Source: Macrostomum hystrix (taxonomy: Eukaryota; Animalia; Platyhelminthes). Taken from it: DNA of 64,000 nucleotides. The stretch lies in assembly GCA_950097015.1 (NCBI GenBank), contig CATNEN010000008.1, positions 2,976,001-3,040,000 of the forward strand, in the 5' to 3' direction. Position numbers and translations under genes: made by a program. Every line of letters starts with the position of its first letter. Position 1 is the stretch's first letter. The notes under the pieces were generated by a model. The model did not search any database. It saw only the letters and a program-made list of their open reading frames with translations, and was not told the DNA's origin. Below, piece by piece: positions 24,275-36,200 of the stretch.

Positions 24275-27200
24275 ATGGAAACTGGCATCGAACTGCTGGA
24301 TTGGTCCCGAGAGCGGCTGGTGCGGCAGGCCTGCAGAATCTGCCGACTGCTGCGACTGCGCTGGACTATGAGCTGGGGCCAGCTGGTGAGGCCGCGGAGT
24401 GACTGACAGTGTGTCTAGCGGAGTGACTGACAGTGTGTCTAGCGGAGTGACTGACAGTGTGTCTAGCGGAGTGACTGACAGTGTGTCTAGCGGAGTGACT
24501 GACAGTGTGTCTAGCGGAGTGACTGACAGTGTGTCTAGCGGAGTGACTGACAGTGTGTCTAGCGGAGTGACTGACAGTGTGTCTAGCGGAGTGACTGACA
24601 ATGTGTCTAGCGGAGTGACTGACAGTGTGTCTAGCGGAGTGACTGACAGTGTGTCTAGCGGAGTGACTGACAGTGTGTCTAGCGGAGTGACTGACAGTGT
24701 GTCTAGCGGAGTGACTGACAGTGTGTCTAGCGGAGTGACTGACAGTGTGTCTAGCGGAGTGACTGACAGTGTGTCTAGCGGAGTGACTGACAGTGTGTCT
24801 AGCGGAGTGACTGACAGTGTGTCTAGCGGAGTGACTGACAGTGTGTCTAGCGGAGTGACTGACAGTGTGTCTAGCGGAGTGACTGACAGTGTGTCTAGCG
24901 GAGTGACTGACAGTGTGTCTAGCGGAGTGACTGACAGTGTGTCTAGCGGAGTGACTGACAGTGTGTCTAGCGGAGTGACTGACAATGTGTCTAGCTGAGT
25001 GACTGACAGTGTGTCTAGCGGAGTGACTGACAGTGTGTCTAGCGGAGTGACTGACAGTGTGTCTAGCGGAGTGACTGACAATGTGTCTAGCGGAGTGACT
25101 GACAGTGTGTCTAGCGGAGTGACTGACAATGTGTCTAGCTGAGTGACTGACAGTGTGTCTAGCGGAGTGACTGACAGTGTGTCTAGCGGAGTGACTGACA
25201 GTGTGTCTAGCGGAGTGACTGACAATGTGTCTAGCGGAGTGACTGACAGTGTGTCTAGCGGAGTGACTGACAGTGTGTCTAGCGGAGTGACTGACAGTGT
25301 GTCTAGCGGAGTGACTGACAGTGTGTCTAGCGGAGTGACTGACAGTGTGTCTAGCGGAGTGACTGACAGTGTGTCTAGCGGAGTGACTGACAGTGTGTCT
25401 AGCGGAGTGACTGACAGTGTGTCTAGCGGAGTGACTGACAGTGTGTCTAGCGGAGTGACTGACAGTGTGTCTAGCGGAGTGACTGACAGTGTGTCTAGCG
25501 GAGTGACTGACAGTGTGTCTAGCGGAGTGACTGACAGTGTGTCTAGCGGAGTGACTGACAGTGTGTCTAGCGGAGTGACTGACAGTGTGTCTAGCGGAGT
25601 GACTGACAGTGTGTCTAGCGGAGTGACTGACAGTGTGTCTAGCGGAGTGACTGACAGTGTGTCTAGCGGAGTGACTGACAGTGTGTCTAGCGGAGTGACT
25701 GACAGTGTGTCTAGCGGAGTGACTGACAGTGTGTCTAGCGGAGTGACTGACAGTGTGTCTAGCGGAGTGACTGACAGTGTGTCTAGCGGAGTGACTAGCC
25801 TTTTGAAAATGCTAGTCACACAACAATGCCTTACTAGCCTGACTAGCCTGTTTTCGTCTTAGCCCAGCCTTAAGAGGCTAAGAAACAAACCTCACTTTGA
25901 TGGAAAATATCTGATATTAAGACTTGAATACGAGAATAGGCAGTGAGCTACTCCCACGGGCATTATCTGCGCGAGTGTTCTCAGATTTCCTTATGCCGGG
26001 GCTTTGATCGGCGGTTGGGATAGCGGATGAGCAGTCTGAGCATCCGAGACGCCTGCTGGATCTCGCTTCCTGGCTTGCTGGCCGCGCCCGGTGCTCTGCG
26101 TTCGGGCATAGACTAGCAATCCATTCTGTTCCTTCACTGATGGCATAGACTAGCAATCCATTCTGTTCCTTCACTGATGGCATAGACTAGCAATCCATTC
26201 TGTTCCTTCACTGATGGCATAGACTAGCAATCCATTCTGCTCCTTCACTGATGGCATAGACTAGCAATCCATTCTGTTCCTTCACTGATGGCATAGACTA
26301 GCAATCCATTCTGTTCCTTCACTGATGGCATAGACTAGCAATCCATTCTGTTCCTTCACTGATGGCATAGACTAGCAATTCATTCTGTTCCTTCACTGAT
26401 GGCATAGACTAGCAATCCATTCTGTTCCTTCAGCCATGGGATAGACTAGCAATCCATTCTGTTCCTTCAGCCATGGGATAGACTAGCAATCCATTCTGTT
26501 CCTTCACCCATTGGATAGACTAGCAATCCATTCTGTTCCTTCACCCATGGGATAGACTAGCAATCCATTCTGTTCCTTCACCCATGGGATAGACTAGCAA
26601 TCCATTCTGTTCCTTCACCCATGGGATAGACTAGCAATCCATTCTGTTCCTTCACCCATGGGATAGACTAGCAATCCATTCTGTTCCTTCACTGATGGCA
26701 TAGACTAGCAATCCATTCTGTTCCTTCACTGATGGCATAGACTAGCAATCCAATCCCTTAACTACGTCCCATTGGCAGTGCTCTGCAGTACTCATACCAG
26801 CCCATTGTTGCCCGCAAGGCAAAAGCAGGTATCACTATCATCAGAGTCATGGCTGGGTGAGTTCGGGGGGACTTGTGCAGCTGTACTTTTGCATTTGCAC
26901 TTAGCGCTAATAGAGCCAGAACACTGTCAGGTTTAGATAGACCTACTATCAAGCACAAGGTTGATGGGGAGTATGAGAATAAAGTGAGATCTTTACTGCG
27001 CGAAAATATTTTCTTAGAAATTGATCAGTCGCTTTCTAGATATCGGATGAAACTGAGGGGTATTACACGCTGAGATTTGTACTCATAGTTTTGGCATTTC
27101 TTACTTCATGCATAGCGCGGGATATTTCTTTGTCTTTTTGGGATCGAATGGGATATTTCCGCTCCCCTTCCATCTCCTCTTGGGAATTTTTTTATTCTCC

Positions 27201-30200
27201 TGTCGGCAAGGATTATTCTGTTTGTTGAGAACCACTTTATTCCCATGGGATGAAAGCACGGCTTTTGTTGATTTCTTGGAAAAAGTCTACTTTAGGCACG
27301 TAGCGAAATAAGCGGCGAATATTTCCTAAATGCTTTTCTCGTAAAGCATTTTTCGCCAGTTGTGTTTTCTGCTTTTTAAGAGGCTATCCCACTGTTTTAA
27401 CAGTTTAGAACTTGTAGCTGTAATTTCAAACAGCTGCTTGCTGCCCGTCTTGAATTCGATACCAGATGCCAATCACTGGCCTTGGCGGAGGCTGCAAACA
27501 GAACAACTTACAGGCTGGTGAATGAAATAATAGAGATTGGAGATGCGAGAGATTAGATATGGGAGAGATTAGAGACAGGAGAGATTGGAGATGCGAGAGA
27601 TTAGATATGGGAGAGATTGGAGATGCGAGAGATTAGAGACAGGAGAGATTGGAGATGCGAGAGATTAGATATGGGAGAGATTGGAGATGCGAGAGATTAG
27701 AGACAGGAGAGATTGGAGATGCGAGAGATTAGAGACAGGAGAGATTGGAGATGCGAGAGATTAGAGACAGGAGAGATTGAAGATGCGAGAGATTAGAGAC
27801 AGGAGAGATTGGAGATGCGAGAGATTAGAGACAGGAGAGATTGGAGATGCGAGAGATTAGATATGGGAGAGATTGGAGATGCGAGAGATTAGAGACAGGA
27901 GAGATTGGAGATGCGAGAGATTAGAGACAGGTGAGATTGGAGATGCGAGAGATTAGAGACAGGAGAGATTGAAGATGCGAGAGATTAGAGACAGGAGAGA
28001 TTGGAGATGCGAGAGATTAGATATGGGAGAGATTGGAGATGGTAGAGACTAGGATGGGAGATATTAGAGATAGGATAGATTAGAGATAGGATGGATTAGA
28101 GATAGGATAGATTAGAGATAGGATGGATTAGCGATAGGATAAATAAGAGATAAGAGAGATTAGAGATGGGAGAGACTAGACCTTAGTCAGGCAGGAATCA
28201 GAAACATATAGGATTCGGAAGAGAATGCATTAGTTAATGAATTGAGTCCATTTAAATAATGAGAGAAAGTAGATTCTAGACTTAGCTCAGCAGCAGAAAC
28301 ATTTAAATGACGAACTTAGTAAGTTATAACAATGGAAAATTCTGGCAGACTAATGGGCAAGAGAGCTGGAGTGAAATAATGGCGATGCTGTATAAATTGA
28401 CAGACAGGCGGGCAGGCAGAAGGCTGGGCCTATTTTAGAAGCCTTCCCTAAGCAGCAGCAGCAACAGAAAGGCTTCCTCACCGCCCTTGCCGCGTTTGCC
28501 GGATGTGAAACTGTTCCATTGCCTGCACGTTTTGTCAATTTTTTTTCAGTTTTTCTAGAAATGCCTTCATCTCTTTTTCTCCCTGCCTGTCCGTCTGTGT
28601 GGGACATCGCGGGGGTTTTCGAGCTAATTGACTCAGAATTCAGCCCAAATCTCAATCTCTCCTAGTGTGCCATCTAGGCCCGCACAGCTCATGCCTTCAA
28701 GTTGAAATCAACATTTCTAGTGCTGAAGAATTTCTTTTATATTTACTAGATTTCTTCTGCTCCTTCAGCTCTTCGTTGCTTTTCTTTGTTTTTTTGCAAG
28801 AAAAAAGTAAAGGATAAAACGTGTACTTCTTGTTGACTGTTGATTGAGTAGTGCTAAAACTATCTGCCACTCTACATTGTACTTTGAAGATGTGACAGTT
28901 TAAAGTGCTTAGAGAGATTAGAGATGGGAGAGATTAGAGATGGGAGAAATTAGAGATGGGAGAGATTAGAGATGGGAGAGATTAGAGATGGGAGAGATTA
29001 GAGATGGGAGAGATTAGAGATGGGAGAAATTAGAGATGGGAGAGATTAGAGATGGGAGAGATTAGAGATGGGAGAAATTAGAGATGGGAGAGATTAGAGA
29101 TGGGAGAGATTAGAGATGGGAGAGATTAGAGATGGGAGAAATTAGAGATGGGAGAGATTAGAGATGGGAGAGATTAGAGATGGGAGAAATTAGAGATGGG
29201 AGAGATTAGAGATGGGAGAGATTAGAGATGGGAGAGATTAGAGATGGAAGAGATTAGAGATGGGAGAGATTGGAGATGCGAGAGATTAGAGACAGGAGAG
29301 ATTGGAGATGCGAGAGATTAGATATGGGAGAGATTGGAGATGCGAGAGATTAGAGATGGGAGAGATTAGAGATGGGAGAGATTAGAGTTGGGAGAGATTA
29401 GAGATGGGAGAAATTAGAGATGGGAGAGATTGGAGATGCGAGAGATTAGAGATAGGAGAGATTGGAAATGGGAGAGATTATTAGAGATCGGAGATTAAAT
29501 TTGGGAGTGGAACATAAATGGGAGATTATATGGAGATTATATTGGTGTTGGTGTCGCGAACGCAGAAAGGAAATAGGAAACACAAGGTAGCCAATAAACC
29601 TGGCTGTCTATCAGTAAATGTAGACTGTAACTGCAGTTTATCCATGTGAGCTCAACTTCTCAAACCCATTTTCAGGACTATTTCGCCAAGCTGGGCAGTG
29701 TACTTTCCTCAAGCGAACTGGAGTCGACAGCATCGGACATTCTCGGAAATCTTTTCAACTGCGTGAGTCCCGGGTCGCCACTTCAAATCAAATATTTTGG
29801 AAAATCGCGCGGGTGGTCCTGAGTTGTCAGATTTTCCGTTTTTTCTTTCTTACCTCAAAATGGCTGATTGTCGGTACACACAGTATGTCACCAACTGCAT
29901 GTGTTATTTGCCTAGCTACTGGGCTATGGCTGTATTTGCTTGCCCAGTTGGTCAGTTTCCGTGCAAACAGCATCAGATTTGCAATGGACCTGTTTTCCTT
30001 TCTGCTTGGACGCTTTCATCTTGCTCTCCGTGCGCCTCTCTCGTGTTTTCTATTTTCTTGGCACGTTCGGCTCAGCTAAACTGTTTCTGGCTTGACCAAA
30101 TCACGCTCTCTCCATTGTTCTGTTTGCTGCGATTTGAGCCGTCATGTTTCCCCTCAGTCCCCTCAGTCCCCTCAGTCCCCACAGTCCCCTCAGTCCCCTC

Positions 30201-33200
30201 AGTCCCCTCAGTCCCCTCAGTCCCCTCAGTCCCCTCAGTCCCCTCAGTCCCCTCAGTCCCCTCAGTCCCCTCAGTCCCCTCAGTCCCCTCAGTCCCCTCA
30301 GTCCCTTCAGTCCCCTCAGTCCCCTCAGTCCCCTCAGTCCCTTCAGTCCCTTCAGTCCTCCCCTCAATTCCCGTCAGTCGCCACACTCCCCTCTCCCCTC
30401 AGTCCCCTCAGTCCCCTCAGTCCCCTCAGTCCCCTCAGTCCCCTCTCCCCTCAGTCCCCTCAGTCCCCTCAGTCCCCTCAGTCCCCTCAGTCCCCTCAGT
30501 CCCCTCAGTCCCCTCAGTCCCCTCAGTCCCTTCAGTCCCTTCAGTCCCCTCAGTCCCCTCAGTCCCCTCAGTCCCCTCAGTCCCCTCAGTCCCTTCAGTC
30601 CCCTCAGTCCCCTCAGTCCCATCAGTCCCCTCAATCCCCTCAGTCCCCTCAGTCCCCTCAGTCCCTTCAGTCCCCTCAGTCCCCTCAGTCCCCTCAGTCC
30701 CCTCAGTCCCTTCAGTCCCCTCAGTCCCCTCAGTCCCATCAGTCCCCTCAATCCCCTCAGTCCCCTCAGTCCCCTCAGTCCCCTCTCTCCGCAGTGCCGT
30801 CTCTCGTCAGTTCCTCTTAGTCTACTCTCCCTCAGTCTTCTCTCTACTCAGTCCATTCTCTCCTTAGAAGCTTTTCGATTCGTCCCAGAAGCATTGGTCT
30901 GGTCCAACAAACTCGCTTCACATTTATTTTGGCGCAATGGATTTTTCTTTTGCTGCGAAAATGAAATGACGCGAGACAGAGAGAGAGAAAGGTGGAGAGC
31001 GGAAAATCGCTGGGCAAATATGTAACTCATGGAGAAATTTAGAAGAAGCCATGTTTACTTCTCCGATAGAAAAATGCAACTCATTCTCTGTTATTTTTAA
31101 AAGCCTGTTCGATTTCTATTCAGTGTCCCAATGGCCTATGCTATGGTTTGGTGAGAAATTGAGTCTGTGAGAATGTGACGCGGCTAGGATATATGCATAT
31201 TCTCACTCTCTAACACTCTCTCCGCCTTGTCTTCATCCCCGTCACCCATCTGCAGTTCTTACCCGTCAAAGCCTGCCTAGCCCGCAATGCCTAATTGAGC
31301 TCCTGATGAAGTTCTAGAGCTTCATTGTGCGGTCAATTCACCACCGAATTCATACTCTCATGTGACTCAGCATGTGTGAGGCTTGCGATTTCTTAGCAAT
31401 TTTGTCACTAATATGCATCCTTATTAGCCACATTCCACTGATTATCAATCGATTTTCAGTAGATTAGCAGTAGATTATTAGAAGATTATCAATGGATTTT
31501 CAGTAGATTGTCAATAGTTTTCAGTAGATTATCAATGGGTTTTCAGTAGATTATCAATGGGTTTTCAGTAGATTATCAATGGGTTTTCAGTAGATTATCA
31601 ATGGGTTTTCAGTAGATTATCAATGGGTTTTCAGTAGATTATCAATGGGTTTTCAGTAGATTATCAATGGGTTTTCAGTAGATTATCAATGGATTTTCAG
31701 TAGATTATCAATGGATTTTCAGTAGATTATCAATGGGTTTTCAGTAGATTATCAATGGATTTTCAGTAGATTATCAATGGATTTTCAGTAGATTATCAAT
31801 GGATTTCAGTAGATTATCAATAGTTTTCAGTAGATTATCAATAGTTTTCAGTAGATTATCAATAGTTTTCAGTAGATTATCAATAGTTTTCAGTAGATTA
31901 TCAATAGTTTTCAGTAGATTATCAATGGGTTTTCAGTAGATTATCAATAGTTTTCAGTAGATTATCAATCGTTTTCAGTAGATTATCAATGGGTTTTCAG
32001 TAGATTATCAATCGTTTTCAGTAGATTATCAATGGATTTTCAGTAGATTATCAATGGGTTTTCAGTAGATTATCAATGGGTTTTCAGTAGATTATCAATG
32101 GATTTTCAGTAGATTATCAATCGTTTTCAGTAGATTATCAATGGATTTTCAGTAGATTATCAATGGGTTTTCAGTAGATTATCAATGGATTTTCAGTAGA
32201 TTATCAATGGATTTTCAGTAGATTATCAATGGGTTTTCAGTAGATTATCAATGGATTTTCAGTAGATTATCAATGGATTTTCAGTAGATTATCAATGGGT
32301 TTTCAGTAGATTATCAATGGATTTTCAGTAGATTATCAATGGATTTTCAGTAGATTATCAATGGGTTTTCAGTAGATTATCAATGGATTTTCAGTAGATT
32401 ATCAATGGATTTTCAGTAGATTATCAATGGATTTTCAGTAGATTATCAATGGATTTTCAGTAGATTATCAATGGATTTTCAGTAGATTATCAATGGATTT
32501 TCAGTAGATTATCAATGGATTTTCAGTAGATTATCAATGGATTTTCAATGTAAGTGTGTGTGAGTGTGTGTGAGTGTGTGTGAGTGTGACTGAGTGAGTG
32601 TGTGTTAGTGTGTGAGAGTGAGTGTGAGTGAGTGTGTGCTGACCCCAGGTGCAGGTCCCGTTCTGAAGAAAGATCAGAGCTCGAAAGACGAAAAGGGTGG
32701 GGCATCGCGCTGGGCCGAGTCCTGTTCTCATTACTTCCGCCTGATCAGCTCATAATTTGATTTCTTATTCTCGTTCTGAAATCCCTAAGTCTTCTGACCC
32801 ACCTCTTATGTATGGCGCCACTCTCATAATCTACTGACATCGATGGCTGATGGCGTGACAATTCGATTGCAGGTCCTATCCAAACTGCCCGGTAACTGCA
32901 GGTCTGTCTGGGTGTTCACTTTCTCCCTTCAATCTTCTCTACTGGCAATTTCAGTGCACCGATTGGAAATCGTAGCTGACAGTAGCTTAGCTGTAGCTGA
33001 CAGTAGCTTAGCTGTAGCTGACAGTAGCTTAGCTGTAGCTGACAGTAGCTTAGCTGTAGCTGACAGTAGCTTAGCTTTAGCTGACAGTAGCTTAGCTGTA
33101 GCTGACAGTAGCTTAGCCCTAGCTGACAGTAGCTTAGCTGTAGCTGACAGTAGTTTAGCCCTAGCTGACAGTAGCTTAGCTGTAGCTGACAGTAGCTTAG

Positions 33201-36200
33201 CTGTAGCTGACAGTAGCTTAGCTGTAGCTGACAGTAGCTTAGCTGTAGCTGACAGTAGCTTAGCCCTAGCTGACAGTAGCTTAGCTGTAGCTGACAGTAG
33301 CTTAGCCCTAGCTGACAGTAGCTTAGCTGTAGCTGACAGTAGCTTAGCTGTAGCTGACAGTAGCTTAGCTGTAGCTGACAGTAGCTTAGCTTTAGCTGAC
33401 AGTAGCTTAGCTGTAGCTGACAGTAGCTTAGCTGTAGCTGACAGTAGCTTAGCTGTAGCTGACAGTAGCTTAGCTGTAGCTGACAGTAGCTTAGCTGTAG
33501 CTGACAGTAGCTTAGCTGTAGCTGACAGTAGCTTAGCTGTAGCTGACAGTAGCTTAGCTTTAGCTGACAGTAGCTTAGCTGTAGCTGACAGTAGCTTAGC
33601 CCTAGCTGACAGTAGCTTAGCTGTAGCTGACAGTAGTTTAGCCCTAGCTGACAGTAGCTTAGCTGTAGCTGACAGTAGCTTAGCTGTAGCTGACAGTAGC
33701 TTAGCTGTAGCTGACAGTAGCTTAGCTGTAGCTGACAGTAGCTTAGCCCTAGCTGACAGTAGCTTAGCTGTAGCTGACAGTAGCTTAGCCCTAGCTGACA
33801 GTAGCTTAGCTGTTAGTCGACAATAACAGTAGCAATGGCTGTACATCGCTACTCCGCCCGCAGCACTCATTCTGTCTGCACTTCAACGAAGCGTCGCCGC
33901 TGGCCAGGTGGGGCCGTCAGTCAGGTTCAGCTGCCAGCACCTTCCAGTGCGCGGGCTATGCAGAGTGAGTCCCATTGTTTTTTTCTTGTCATTTTTATCT
34001 TCTAGAAGGAAATTATGAACTTGATGGAACGGCAGACATTCTCCCAGACCTGCCTGAAATGTTGGGCCCAATTCCAAAGCAGGGTCAGGACATTGCGGGT
34101 CGATGGGACATAGATTTCTGGCAAAGGCGGCATTGGACAGTAATGGCGGGGAGAAATTTTAGTCGAATTTCTTCCTGCCCTACAAGCATCTGTTTTCGGC
34201 TTTCGGCTGTTTTCAAGATTGCCAGTTGGGTGATAGGAGACAAAGGGAGAGATTGCCAGTGGGGTGATAGGGGACGATTGGAGAGATTGACAGGTGGCTG
34301 ATAGGAGACGAAGGGAGAGATTGACAGTGGGTGATAGGATATAAAGGGAGATATTGACAGTGGTGTGATAGGAGATGAAGGGAGAGATTGACAGGTGGCT
34401 TATAGGAGACGAAGGGAGAGATTGACAGTGGGTGATAGGATATAAAGGGAGATATTGACAGTGGTGTGATAGGAGACGAAGGGAGAGATTGACAGTGGGT
34501 GATAGGATATAAAGGGAGATATTGACAGTGGTGTGATAGGCGATGTAGGGAGAGATTGACAGTGGTGTGATAGGAGATGAAGGGAGAGATTGACAGTGGT
34601 GTGATAGGAGATGAAGGGAGAGATTGACAGGTGGCTTATAGGAGACGAATGGAGAGATTGACAGTTGATAGGGGACGAAGGGAGAGATTGACAGGTGGCT
34701 GATAGGAGACGAATGGAGAGATTGACAGTTGATAGGGGACGAAGGGAGAGATTGACAGGTGGCTGATAGGAGACGAAGGGAGAGATTGACAGTGGGGTGA
34801 TAGGAGATAAAGGGAGATATTGACAGTGGTGTGATAGGCGATGTAGGGAGAGATTGACAGTGGTGTGATAGGAGATGAAGGGAGAGATTGACAGTTGATA
34901 GGGGACGAAGGGAGAGATTGACAGGTGGCTGATAGGAGACGAAGGGAGAGATTGACAGTGGTGTGATAGGAGATGAAGGGAGAGATTGACAGTTGATAGG
35001 GGACGAAGGGAGAGATTGACAGTGGTGCGATAGTAGATGAATGGAGATATTGACAGTATTATAATAAGTATTTATAATATATATAACAAGCAGTTACAAG
35101 GGTGCTGTGGGCAATGTACTTTAGTGACAATGGGCCTGCAGCCGGCGGTAAGGCGATTCTGCCTCAGCCTAAACGCCTATCGCACCCGCTCTGCCTCCGT
35201 CCCAGATCCCTCGCCTGCGCCGGCTCCTTCGCCCTGGTGGACGCGGCCGCTGTCCGACAGTCGGACGAGGCGACTCGGCTGTTCGGCGGTTTGCCGCCTG
35301 TTGGCTGCGCCCAAGGTGAGCTGAAAATCCTGTGCTAGTTGAGATCTCCTCAGAATCCTGAGTAGGGAAATTACAATTTTCCAATTCCCTTTTCCAATTT
35401 TACAATTTTACAATTGGATTCCCCAATCGGGATTATCTTAATATGGGTTCACCCGTTGGGATTTCCCTGTTACAGAGCTCCCAGCAATAAATCCCAATAG
35501 TGTATTCTAACGATTAAACTCCCATACTGGAACTCTATTTTTTCAAAAATTCCAATTTGGCTAATTTGCAAATATGTCCATGGGAGTCCAGGTTGGAATA
35601 GGATCTCCTTTTTGGATCCTGTTTTTGGGAATCCTGTACCCAAACATATTTTAGATTCTCCAGTTGAGGGATTCCCTACTATGGATTCTCTATTTGGGGA
35701 ATTCCCTACTAAGGACTCTCCATTTGGGGAATTCCCTACTAAGGATTCTCCATTTGGGGAACTCCCTTAGGGATTCCTAATTTTGGGAACTCCGTACTAG
35801 GGATTCTCTATTTGGAGAATTCCCTACTAAGGATTCTCTATTTGGGGAATTCCCTACTAAGGATTCTCTATTTGGGGAATTCCCTACTAAGGATTCTCTA
35901 TTTGGGGAATTCCCTACTAAGGATTCTCCATTTGGGGAACTCACTACTATGGATTCTCCATTTGGGGAACTCCCTTAGGGATTCCTAATTTTGGGAACTC
36001 CGTACTAGGGATTCTCTATTTGGGGAATTCCCTACTATGAATTCTCTATTTGGGGAATTCCCTACTAAGGATTCTTCATTTGGGGAATTCCCTAACTGAG
36101 GATTCTCCATTTGGGGAATCCTCTTATGATTCCCTAGTGGGAATACTCAATATTTAATTCATTAGTTAGTAAATTGCCTTGTAATGGACTTTCTTGTAGG

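Noticed and set aside
21560-26751. 53-bp, 32-bp and 37-bp arrays as CRISPR arrays
   Set aside because: Units are head-to-tail with no unique spacers, there are no cas genes, and the context is eukaryotic.
26780-26860. Extra PDE2 exon between 24385 and 29676
   Set aside because: AG and GT sites exist, but no combination gave a phase 0-0 exon with PDE2-like sequence, and the model works without it.
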